From the NCBI GenBank assembly GCA_902590435.1, contig CACIWU010000002.1:631-64630 (forward strand): a stretch of 64,000 nt of DNA. Direction: 5' to 3'. Both the position numbers and the translations under genes were made by a program. The notes under the pieces are model-generated. The model worked only from the letters and a program-made list of their open reading frames with translations, searched no databases and had not been told where the DNA came from. Positions 7,783 to 15,416 of the stretch are shown one piece after another (the stretch's first letter is position 1; every line of letters begins with the position of its first letter). Source of the DNA: an uncultured SAR324 cluster bacterium (GTDB lineage Bacteria > SAR324 > NAC60-12).

Positions 7783-7815
7783 ACTGACACCAAACTGACA
7801 CCAAACTGACACCAA
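7783..7815. repeat. perfect 11-bp tandem repeat x3 (ACTGACACCAA)
   Basis: Read directly. It lies 97 nt from the tRNA-Ala fragment at 7912. Confidence 0.95.
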
Positions 7816-7891
7816 AAACAGGAGAATAAGTAAAAATGGGTTAGACTAATACCTATCCCCCGAAGTCTCGTCAGTTTTTGTAAGGGTTTGC

Positions 7892-7934
7892 GAGTAGTGA
7901 TTGCAAGGGGATGGTGGAGACGAGGGGGATCGAA
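7892..7934. repeat. exact 23-nt copy of tRNA-Ala 3' end plus 20-nt shared flank (att-like direct repeat)
   Basis: 7912-7934 TGGTGGAGACGAGGGGGATCGAA is identical to 11721-11743. Similarity ends at the next base (T versus C). Confidence 0.85.
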
Positions 7935-7991
7935 TTTTAGAGAAATATTGAACCCCCAATGACTTGGAGATAAATAGTTTTAGATTGTAAA

Positions 7992-9023
7992 CTATACTTT
8001 ATTAGAGAGACATTTTTTGAGGCTGTTTGCCATATCATGAATTAGGATAAAGTATAGTTTAGGACCATTTTGGATGGAAGCACCAAGTGGATCAAGTACC
8101 CCCGTTTTTGCTTTAGTTCCTTCTAAAACTGTTGACACCAGTTTTGGTTTGAATTGTGGTTCGGAAAACACACAAAGCGCATTCAATTCCTTAATTTTGG
8201 TTTTCAATTCTTTGATACGTTTTACACCGGGAACTACTTCAGGTGATACAGTGATCGAGCCAACAGCTTTCAAACCAAATCGTTCTTCAAAATACTGGTA
8301 AGCATCATGGAAAACCACAAAACCTTTCCCTTTTGCAGATGTAAGTTTTTCTGAAACTTCAGCGACAAGTCGATTCAGCTTCTCAACTACTCTTTTGGTA
8401 TTTGTTTCATATTTTTTTGCATTTCCTGGGTCAACTTTTTTTAATGCTTCCATGATTTCATTAGCCATAACTTTCGCATTTTCCGGGTCAAGCCAGACAT
8501 GGACATCGAACTTACCGTGGCCATGATCATCATGCGATTCCTCAGCATTATTATCATGCTCTTCTTCGGAGTGGTCTTCATGTTCTTTATGACCATCCTT
8601 ATCGTAATCATCGTGATCATCGTGTTCTTTATGACCACCTTCATCGTGATCATGCTCATCGAAACCTCCACCTTCTCGCATTTCTAATTTTTTCAGCCCA
8701 TGTGAGTCCATAAGCTCGACTACCATGGCTTTGGAGGCAAGTGACTCGAGTGGTTTTTCCAGGAAAGTTTCCAATGAGTGTCCCATCCAAAAAACAAGAT
8801 CAGCTTTCTCAATCTGTTCTGCCTGAGAAGGTTTCAATGCATAGGTATGTGGTGATGCGGCACCTTTTACAATCAGAACTGGGGCACCAATACCCTCCAT
8901 GACAGCTGCAACGAGAGAATGTACTGGCTTGACAGAAGCCACTACATTGATTTTAGCTTGAGCAATGAATGTGATGTTTGAAAGCAAAGTTATTGTAAGG
9001 GTGAGTGATTTAAATAATCTCAT
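7992..9023 (-). CDS. znuA: zinc ABC transporter substrate-binding protein ZnuA with His/Asp/Glu-rich loop
   Basis: The likely start is MRLFKSLTLTITLLSNITFIAQA (signal peptide) at 9023; the track ORF extends to 9077. His-rich loop HDHDEGGHKEHDDHDDYDKDGHKEHEDH...HDDHGHG. Divergent from znuCB. Confidence 0.9.
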   Translation of the reverse strand: MRLFKSLTLTITLLSNITFIAQAKINVVASVKPVHSLVAAVMEGIGAPVLIVKGAASPHTYALKPSQAEQIEKADLVFWMGHSLETFLEKPLESLASKAMVVELMDSHGLKKLEMREGGGFDEHDHDEGGHKEHDDHDDYDKDGHKEHEDHSEEEHDNNAEESHDDHGHGKFDVHVWLDPENAKVMANEIMEALKKVDPGNAKKYETNTKRVVEKLNRLVAEVSEKLTSAKGKGFVVFHDAYQYFEERFGLKAVGSITVSPEVVPGVKRIKELKTKIKELNALCVFSEPQFKPKLVSTVLEGTKAKTGVLDPLGASIQNGPKLYFILIHDMANSLKKCLSNKV

Positions 9024-9041
9024 AATATTATCCTGTGAGAA

Positions 9042-9092
9042 TTGACAATTTAATTGTAATGTTATAACATTATACATTATGTTATAACATTA
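9042..9092. promoter_or_regulatory. znuA/znuC divergent control region: two Zur-box palindromes overlapping promoter elements
   Basis: Perfect 16-bp palindrome TAATGTTATAACATTA (9057-9072) and TTATGTTATAACATTA (9077-9092), with centres 20 bp apart. Plus-strand TTGACA (9042-9047), 17 nt, then TAACAT. Minus-strand TATAAT lies at 9074-9069. Confidence 0.7.
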
Positions 9093-9135
9093 CAAAAAAC
9101 AATCAATAAAAAAATTAAATAATCTGAAAGTCTTC

Positions 9136-9984
9136 ATGATTCAAAAAAATTCCTTCCTGATTAGTCTCAAAAACGCTGGTTTTTTCCGAAGCGGCAGATG
9201 GTTGGTGCGAGGAGTTAACTTAACTGTGAACTCAGGAGAAATTCTCACTCTGATTGGCCCTAATGGTTCTGGAAAATCTACAACAGCTAAAATGGCAATT
9301 GGAGTTTCTAAGCCAGATGAGGGCACTGCTAAAAAACGTAAAGGCCTTAAGATAAGTTATTTGCCACAGAGAATTTCTATCGATTGGACGCTTCCAATAA
9401 AAGTAAATCGCTTCATGAACCTCACGGGCCAGGTTAGAAGAAAAGAAGCCGATGAAGCACTATCTCTTACGGGTGCAATACATTTGGCAAAATCGGATGT
9501 CAGAACTTTATCAGGTGGGGAATTTCAAAGGGTATTGATGGCACGGGCAATAGCACGCAAACCTGAACTAATTGTTCTTGACGAACCGGTACAAGGGGTT
9601 GACTTTAATGGTGAGATTGAGATTTATGAGCTTATTAGAAACATTCGTGATGAATTGAAATGCGGTGTTCTTCTGATCTCACATGATCTGCATGTTGTTA
9701 TGGCTGCTACAGACCGTGTCATTTGCCTCAATGGTCATGTCTGTTGCTATGGTACGCCAATGACTGTGGCTAACAGCAAAGAATACAAAGCCCTTTTTGG
9801 GGCAAGAGCCGTATCAGGTCTCGCTTTATATGAACATCGTCATGACCATGAGCATCTTCCTGATGGCAGTATTCAATCTAAAGATGGAACCATTGATAAT
9901 GATTGCTCTCCTGATCACGGGGATCAATCCCAAATTTATAAATATTCGTTTGAATACAATAGAGCTGAAAACCATGATGGATGA
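9136..9984 (+). CDS. znuC: zinc ABC transporter ATP-binding protein ZnuC with His-rich C-terminal tail
   Basis: Walker A GPNGSGKST, signature LSGGEFQR, Walker B LIVLDEP. Tail YEHRHDHEHLPDG. Confidence 0.9.
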   Translation: MIQKNSFLISLKNAGFFRSGRWLVRGVNLTVNSGEILTLIGPNGSGKSTTAKMAIGVSKPDEGTAKKRKGLKISYLPQRISIDWTLPIKVNRFMNLTGQVRRKEADEALSLTGAIHLAKSDVRTLSGGEFQRVLMARAIARKPELIVLDEPVQGVDFNGEIEIYELIRNIRDELKCGVLLISHDLHVVMAATDRVICLNGHVCCYGTPMTVANSKEYKALFGARAVSGLALYEHRHDHEHLPDGSIQSKDGTIDNDCSPDHGDQSQIYKYSFEYNRAENHDG

Positions 9985-10810
9985 TTTTTTTATTCGAGCA
10001 TTGATTGCTGGAACGGGAGTTGCTTTGGTTGCAGGACCGCTAGGTTGCTACGTTGTATGGCGAAGACTTGCTTATTTTGGTGATACGCTCTCTTGTGCAG
10101 CCCTACTAGGTGTTGCATTAGCACTACTCTTCGAAATAAATACAACATTAGCCGTCTTTTCCGTATCCGTTTTCATTTCTATGGCATTATTACTGTTACA
10201 AAGTAGAGTTAACCTTTCCGCAGATGCGTTGCTCGGACTGCTAGCTCATTCCGCTTTGGCAGTTGGTATGGTCGCTTTAAGTTTTATGACATGGGTCAGG
10301 GTAGATTTGATGGGGTTCCTATTTGGAGATATTTTGGCTGTTACCCCATTCGATATTGCTATCATTTGGGGTGGTGGAGCATTTGTGCTGATCGTACTAG
10401 TAATTTCTTGGCATTCTTTGTTTGCAGCTACTGTAAATGTTGAGATTGCTCAAGCAGAAGGCATGAAACCCGATCAAGCTAATATTGTCTTAATGCTATT
10501 GATGGCTGTTGTTATTGCGATTTCCATGAAAATCGTAGGAGTTTTACTGATTACTTCAATGCTTATATTCCCTGCAGCAATTGCTCGCCGTTTCGCAACC
10601 GGGCCGGAACATATGGCATTGCTTGCAGCCATTATAGGCATCTTAGTAGTTTTTGGTGGAATGTTTGGTTCCCTTCATTGGGATACACCTTCAGGGCCAA
10701 GCATCGTAGTTGCGGCATCAGTATTTTTCATAATTACCGCTATACCGGCAACTTCCTTTCAGATGATTAAAAATGCCTCAATTGAAAAACGTGATACAAA
10801 GCAAAAATAA
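9974..10810 (+). CDS. znuB: zinc ABC transporter permease ZnuB
   Basis: The track ORF starts at 9797 inside znuC. The sensible start is MMDDFFIRALIAGTGVALVAGPLGCYVVWRR at 9974, an 11-nt overlap with znuC. Polytopic membrane protein. Confidence 0.9.
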   Translation: MMDDFFIRALIAGTGVALVAGPLGCYVVWRRLAYFGDTLSCAALLGVALALLFEINTTLAVFSVSVFISMALLLLQSRVNLSADALLGLLAHSALAVGMVALSFMTWVRVDLMGFLFGDILAVTPFDIAIIWGGGAFVLIVLVISWHSLFAATVNVEIAQAEGMKPDQANIVLMLLMAVVIAISMKIVGVLLITSMLIFPAAIARRFATGPEHMALLAAIIGILVVFGGMFGSLHWDTPSGPSIVVAASVFFIITAIPATSFQMIKNASIEKRDTKQK

Positions 10811-10814
10811 AATT

Positions 10815-11054
10815 AAAAAATAAGCATTTAAGCAAAACAACCTTTTAAACTTAGCAAAAAAAGTATTTGGCAATGATTTTCTAGCCAGAGGCGAAAGTAA
10901 AATTAAGTGCCTTCCAAATACTTTATGGTCATAATGATCATGGTTTAAGCCGACTTATACATGTTTACTGGTTTTTAAAAAAACTTTTAGAAATTGGGAT
11001 AGTTCATTAATTGAAAATATCAATGGTTTTGTTGCTTGTCAGTAAGAAAAATGT
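10815..11054 (+). pseudogene. decayed tandem duplicate of the 5' half of zur
   Basis: Hand alignment to 11097-11337, for example GCCAGAGGCGAAAGTAAAATTAAGTGCCTTCCAAATACTT versus GTCAGAGGCGAAGGGACCATTAAGTGCCTACCAAATACTT, and ...TTTGTTGCTTGTCAGTAAGAAAAATGT versus ...TTTGTTGCTTGTCGACAAGAAAAATGT. Multiple stops in the homologous frame. Confidence 0.7.
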
Positions 11055-11064
11055 TATAACATAC
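11049..11064. promoter_or_regulatory. Zur box upstream of zur (autoregulation)
   Basis: AAATGTTATAACATAC shares the ATGTTATAACAT core with the znuA/znuC boxes. It ends about 30 nt upstream of the GTG start. Confidence 0.6.
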
Positions 11065-11094
11065 AAAAATTCATTCTAAATAAAAGATAAAGAA

Positions 11095-11508
11095 GTGAAA
11101 AATAAAGCAAAACAAACTTCTGAGCTTAACAAAAAACAGTCTTTGGTAATGAATTTATTGTCAGAGGCGAAGGGACCATTAAGTGCCTACCAAATACTTC
11201 ATGATCTTAATGATAATGGTTTCAGAGGACCTACACAAGTTTACCGGGTTTTAGATAAACTTTTAGAATTAGGAATGGTTCATCGTATAGAAAGTATGAA
11301 TTCGTTTGTTGCTTGTCGACAAGAAAAATGTCATGAAAAAAATAAAGACATCAACTTGTTTACAATTTGTAAAATTTGTGGGAGTGTTCAGGAACTTTTA
11401 AGCAATGGATTAAAGAATATAGTAAAATCTCTTTCGAAAGATAATAATTTTTTGTTGAAAAGTTCCGTGCTTGAATTAAATGGAGTATGTTCTAAGTGCA
11501 AAGAATAA
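11095..11508 (+). CDS. zur: Fur-family zinc uptake regulator Zur
   Basis: Winged-helix N-terminus (LSAYQILHDL...TQVYRVLDKLLELGMVHRIE). CxxC pairs ICKICG and CSKCKE. Adjacent to znuACB. GTG start; an ATG alternative lies 17 codons in. Confidence 0.8.
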   Translation: MKNKAKQTSELNKKQSLVMNLLSEAKGPLSAYQILHDLNDNGFRGPTQVYRVLDKLLELGMVHRIESMNSFVACRQEKCHEKNKDINLFTICKICGSVQELLSNGLKNIVKSLSKDNNFLLKSSVLELNGVCSKCKE

Positions 11509-11631
11509 TCTTCCGAGATTACCCACCTTTTCCCACTTCCCTCTTCTCACCACAAATTTTGCCAGCTTAATCATAAAAGATTTTAACGATTTATATTTAG
11601 CGGCTAAGGATCTTGAAAAATGATGGAACAA

Positions 11632-11657
11632 ACCTGTCCCAGTTGACCTGTCCCAGT
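11632..11657. repeat. 12-bp direct repeat x2 (ACCTGTCCCAGT, 14-bp period)
   Basis: Read directly. It lies 64 nt from the 3' end of tRNA-Ala. Confidence 0.9.
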
Positions 11658-11720
11658 AAGAAAAAGTCTAACCTTAAATTAATTAATATTATCAGTTAGT
11701 TATTTTGATATTATAAAGGG

Positions 11721-11796
11721 TGGTGGAGACGAGGGGGATCGAACCCCTTACCTCAACGCTGCCAGCGTTGCGCTCTACCAGTTGAGCTACGCCCCC
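11721..11796 (-). tRNA. tRNA-Ala (anticodon GGC), CCA encoded
   Basis: Reverse complement GGGGGCGTAGCTCAACTGGTAGAGCGCAACGCTGGCAGCGTTGAGGTAAGGGGTTCGATCCCCCTCGTCTCCACCA folds as a cloverleaf. Anticodon loop CTGGCAG. G3:U70 Ala identity pair. Confidence 0.95.
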
Positions 11797-11898
11797 AATA
11801 TAAGCTAAGTAAGAGTTAAGCCTTGAATCCTTATCTAATCCAATCAGATCCATTTTACTTGCATTGACTGTACAAGTTTCAAATACTCATTTAATTTG

Positions 11899-11971
11899 CG
11901 TCCCCAAGGGGAGTCGAACCCCTGTTGCCGCCGTGAAAGGGCGGAGTCCTAGGCCACTAGACGATGGGGAC
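11899..11971 (-). tRNA. tRNA-Glu (anticodon UUC), CCA not encoded
   Basis: Reverse complement GTCCCCATCGTCTAGTGGCCTAGGACTCCGCCCTTTCACGGCGGCAACAGGGGTTCGACTCCCCTTGGGGACG. Anticodon loop CTTTCAC. Confidence 0.9.
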
Positions 11972-12100
11972 TAGAAGAAAAATATTATGATTTATTAAAG
12001 AATTTGTCAATTCATTATTAGTTTAATAAGAAATGATTTGCAATTGAATTTTTATGTAACATTAATCTTGGTAAACATTAAAATTTTTATTTTAAAGAGA

Positions 12101-13993
12101 TTAATTTTGAAGGTAATTCAAAATCTCTATAGCTAATTGTTTGGGAACTCCTGGAACCTTTAGAATTTCGTCAATAGAAGCCTTCTTCAAATTTTTTAGA
12201 CTTCCAAAGTGCTTTAGTAAAATTTTTCGTCTTTTTGGTCCTATTCCTGGAATCTTATCAATTTGTGAACCAAGTGTATGATGAAGTTTTAGGCTTCTAT
12301 GAAAATCAATTGCAAAACGGTGAGACTCATTTCTAATTTTTTGTAAAAAATAAAGTACATCAGAATTTCGGCGAATTCGAATTTCGTTTTTTTGATTTGG
12401 TTTTACAACATATTCGTAATCAAAAATTTGTCCTAGGTTTCTTCCTTTCTTTCTTTCGGATCGACCTTTTGCAAGTCCTATGAGATCGACTTTTTTTAAA
12501 ACATCTAGTTCTTTTAGTATTTTAGCGGCTATATTTATTTGACCCTTGCCACCATCAATTAAAATTAAATCAGGGGTTTTAAAACCTTCTTCTTTGCTAT
12601 TTTTGTAATGTCGGGCAAGAACTTCTTTCATACTAGAATAATCATCCTGTCCATTTGAATCACTTATTTTATATTTACGATAATCTTTTTTTGAGGGCAT
12701 ATTATTTTCCCAGCAAACCATTGAAGCTACAGTCATTGTTCCGGAAAGATGCGATATATCAAATGCGTCTACTCTTTTTGGGAGGTGTTTCAATTTCATT
12801 TTGTATTTTACATGTTCTAAGATATTTTTGTTTTGATAGTCACGTTCTTTTTTCTCTGAAAAATTGAATTTAGCGTTATTGAAAGCCATGTTTATTAGTT
12901 CTTTTTTCCGACCTTTTTGTGGATTGATAACTCTGACACGCCTGTCAGATTTTTTGTTCAACTCAGTTTCTAGTATTTTCTTGTCCGAATAGTCAAAAGG
13001 CAATAAAATTTCACTAGGCATGATAGAATCTTCCATCATGTAAATTCTATGCAATACTTGCCCTAACAAATTATTATCAGAAGCATGATTGCTATCTTCA
13101 AAAAAGAAAAAATCTGTTCCTAATAGTCTGCCTTCTCTTATGAACAAAACTTGAACGCCAGTATTTTCAGACTCACGGAAAAGATTAAAAACATCCTGAT
13201 CTTTACCTTTAACATCTAATACCATTTGCTTGGCAAAAATTCGACGCACAGCTTGAATTTGATCCCGTAAATGAGCAGATTTTTCAAATTCAAGTTTTTC
13301 AGCATTAAGCCTCATTCTTTTTTCAAGTTCTTCCAAAAGTTCTTTGTCTCTGCCTTTTAAGAAAAGACGTACTTGCCCGACAATTTTCTGATACTCTTGC
13401 ACATTAACATTTCCCCTACATGGAGCAAGGCACCTTTTCATTTGAAAATTTAAACAAGGGCGAAATTTCTTTTTCCCATCAAGAATCATTTTACTTGTAC
13501 GAAGTGGAAAATATGTAGCGACGGCTTTAAGAACTTGTCTAGCATCTTTAACAGACGTGTAAGGCCCAAAATATTCAGATTCATTATCAATTTTTTCCCT
13601 TACGAGTAAAAGCCTAGGAAACATTTCTCCCACAGTTAGTTTGCAATAGGGATATGATTTACCATCCTTGAGAGCCACATTATAACGAGGGTGGTGTCTC
13701 TTGATTAGTTGATCTTCCAATATTAATGCTTCTGCTTCGGTATCAGTTACAATAATAGAAAAATCATAAATAAGTGATACTAAAATCTTGATTCGTGTAT
13801 TATGTTTCGCGGATTTTTGGAAATAAGAACGAATTCGATTTCTTAAGGATTTAGATTTACCTATATATAGAATACTTCTTTTAAAATCTTTAAAGAGGTA
13901 TACCCCAGGCTGATCCGGTAAGCTTGAAAATTTAATTTTTGCAGGATAAATACCACCATTAATTCTCCTTGAATGGTGATTTTTATTAATCAT
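12101..13993 (-). CDS. uvrC: excinuclease ABC subunit C
   Basis: GIY-YIG N-terminus (GVYLFKD...ILYIGKSKSLRNRIRSYF), UVR domain, C-terminal HhH. 630 aa. Confidence 0.95.
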   Translation of the reverse strand: MINKNHHSRRINGGIYPAKIKFSSLPDQPGVYLFKDFKRSILYIGKSKSLRNRIRSYFQKSAKHNTRIKILVSLIYDFSIIVTDTEAEALILEDQLIKRHHPRYNVALKDGKSYPYCKLTVGEMFPRLLLVREKIDNESEYFGPYTSVKDARQVLKAVATYFPLRTSKMILDGKKKFRPCLNFQMKRCLAPCRGNVNVQEYQKIVGQVRLFLKGRDKELLEELEKRMRLNAEKLEFEKSAHLRDQIQAVRRIFAKQMVLDVKGKDQDVFNLFRESENTGVQVLFIREGRLLGTDFFFFEDSNHASDNNLLGQVLHRIYMMEDSIMPSEILLPFDYSDKKILETELNKKSDRRVRVINPQKGRKKELINMAFNNAKFNFSEKKERDYQNKNILEHVKYKMKLKHLPKRVDAFDISHLSGTMTVASMVCWENNMPSKKDYRKYKISDSNGQDDYSSMKEVLARHYKNSKEEGFKTPDLILIDGGKGQINIAAKILKELDVLKKVDLIGLAKGRSERKKGRNLGQIFDYEYVVKPNQKNEIRIRRNSDVLYFLQKIRNESHRFAIDFHRSLKLHHTLGSQIDKIPGIGPKRRKILLKHFGSLKNLKKASIDEILKVPGVPKQLAIEILNYLQN

Positions 13994-13997
13994 AAGT

Positions 13998-14621
13998 TTA
14001 CTGTATTAAATCTTCTATTGTTTCAGGAACTTTTTTTATAAAGTCTGACATTGTTCCATAGCGACCAATATCCATTTTCATAGCTTGTTGTATAACTACT
14101 GTAGGAGTACCAGTAATTTGATATGTGTCTGATTTAATTTTTCCATTTTCAATCAATTTTTTGACCCAGCCTTGCTGTTTTTCCTTTTTAAATTCTTTGT
14201 AAATACCTAGTGAACGTGCAAGAAAGCTGACTATTCCTGGATCAAATACATTCACACCATGTTCAAAACTAGCTTTGAAAAGTTCATCTTTTACTAAATC
14301 ACCTTTTCCAATTTTTTTTGCAATGAAATAAAGACGCAATGGGGCGTCATTTTGTCCACGGAATAAAATTGGTATATCAACAAATTCAATTATTTCTGAA
14401 TATTTTACACGAAAGTCTTTTGAAGCTTTGTATAATTTATTGCAGTGAGTGCATCCAAAATTAATGAATTCTTCATAAGTCACTTTTTTTAAACTATTTT
14501 TTGTAGGCATTTCACCTACTATAGAATAATTCCCACGAATTGATTCTTTAGAAAAAATAGTATTAAAATTAATCATTATTAGAAATACCATTACTGAAAT
14601 CTTTAAAATTACTTTTTGCAT
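13998..14621 (-). CDS. DsbA-like thiol:disulfide oxidoreductase (thioredoxin fold)
   Basis: Signal peptide and CxxC active site FGCTHCNKL. C-terminal ...ITGTPTVVI (cis-Pro loop). Confidence 0.7.
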   Translation of the reverse strand: MQKVILKISVMVFLIMINFNTIFSKESIRGNYSIVGEMPTKNSLKKVTYEEFINFGCTHCNKLYKASKDFRVKYSEIIEFVDIPILFRGQNDAPLRLYFIAKKIGKGDLVKDELFKASFEHGVNVFDPGIVSFLARSLGIYKEFKKEKQQGWVKKLIENGKIKSDTYQITGTPTVVIQQAMKMDIGRYGTMSDFIKKVPETIEDLIQ

Positions 14622-14663
14622 ATATCTTTTTAAAAAAATGTTTTACTTAATTTTCTGAAAGAA

Positions 14664-15407
14664 TTATTTTAAATCACCCCATAAAAACTGAAGAATGGAG
14701 GTTGCTGTTATTACAGCGGTTTCTGATCTAATTATTCTTGGACCTAAGTCTATGGGAATCAATCCTGATCGAAGAGCTAAATCAATTTCATCACTGTGGA
14801 AGCCACCTTCAGGACCAACAAGAATACGATGGTGCATCTCTACATGCTCTTCTTTGTAAATATTTTTCCATGATACAGAGTTTTCAATTCCAGGAGAAAG
14901 GAGCCAAGAATGAGGACATTTTGTAAGTTTTTCAAGTGTCTTAGCTAAATTCTCATGGAAAAAAATGTCAGGAGGAAACTGCCGACCACATTGTTTGGAG
15001 GCTTCTAAAACGATACGATTCCAACGATCCAGTAGGTTTCTCCTTTTTAAAATTCGAAAAGAAATTGGTGAATGTTTACCACAAAATAAGTCTATTCTAG
15101 TAACTCCTAGTTCTGTTGATTTTTGCAATATCCAGTCAATAGATTTTTCTTTGGTAAGAGCTTGCAAGATTTCTAGACGCAAACTAGAAGGTAGTGGTGT
15201 TGCTACTGAAAACTCAGGGATAAATGTAAGTTCTTTCCTATTAAGTTCAATTATAACAGCTTCAAAACGTTGTCCTTTATAGTCCTGTATTAAAAAACGA
15301 TCACCTGAACGCAAACGTCTAGATCTAATTAAATGTCGAGATTCATCTCCCCCAAGTTCATATTCTTCACCACTTTTAAGAACTCCATCAAAAATGAAAT
15401 ACGACAT
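14664..15407 (-). CDS. rsmE: 16S rRNA (uracil1498-N3)-methyltransferase
   Basis: 247 aa. PUA-like N-terminus and the GPEGGF motif typical of RsmE. Confidence 0.85.
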   Translation of the reverse strand: MSYFIFDGVLKSGEEYELGGDESRHLIRSRRLRSGDRFLIQDYKGQRFEAVIIELNRKELTFIPEFSVATPLPSSLRLEILQALTKEKSIDWILQKSTELGVTRIDLFCGKHSPISFRILKRRNLLDRWNRIVLEASKQCGRQFPPDIFFHENLAKTLEKLTKCPHSWLLSPGIENSVSWKNIYKEEHVEMHHRILVGPEGGFHSDEIDLALRSGLIPIDLGPRIIRSETAVITATSILQFLWGDLK

Positions 15408-15416
15408 TTGTTAATA

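Noticed and set aside
2750-7990. Integron-like cassette array (short orphan genes separated by repeats).
   Set aside because: There is no intI or attI. The genes are not co-oriented. The repeats sit at gene 5' ends and are not attC-like imperfect palindromes with GTTRRRY cores.
8441-8687. ORFs 8441-8671 (minus, alternate frame) and 8499-8687 (plus) with Met/Ile/His-like repetitive text.
   Set aside because: They are frame shadows of the repetitive His/Asp/Glu-rich loop coding region of znuA.
9797-9973. 59-codon N-terminal extension of the znuB ORF (TTG start inside znuC).
   Set aside because: It overlaps the znuC C-terminus in another frame. ZnuB homology-like text begins at MMDDFFIRAL (9974), which gives a typical short overlap.
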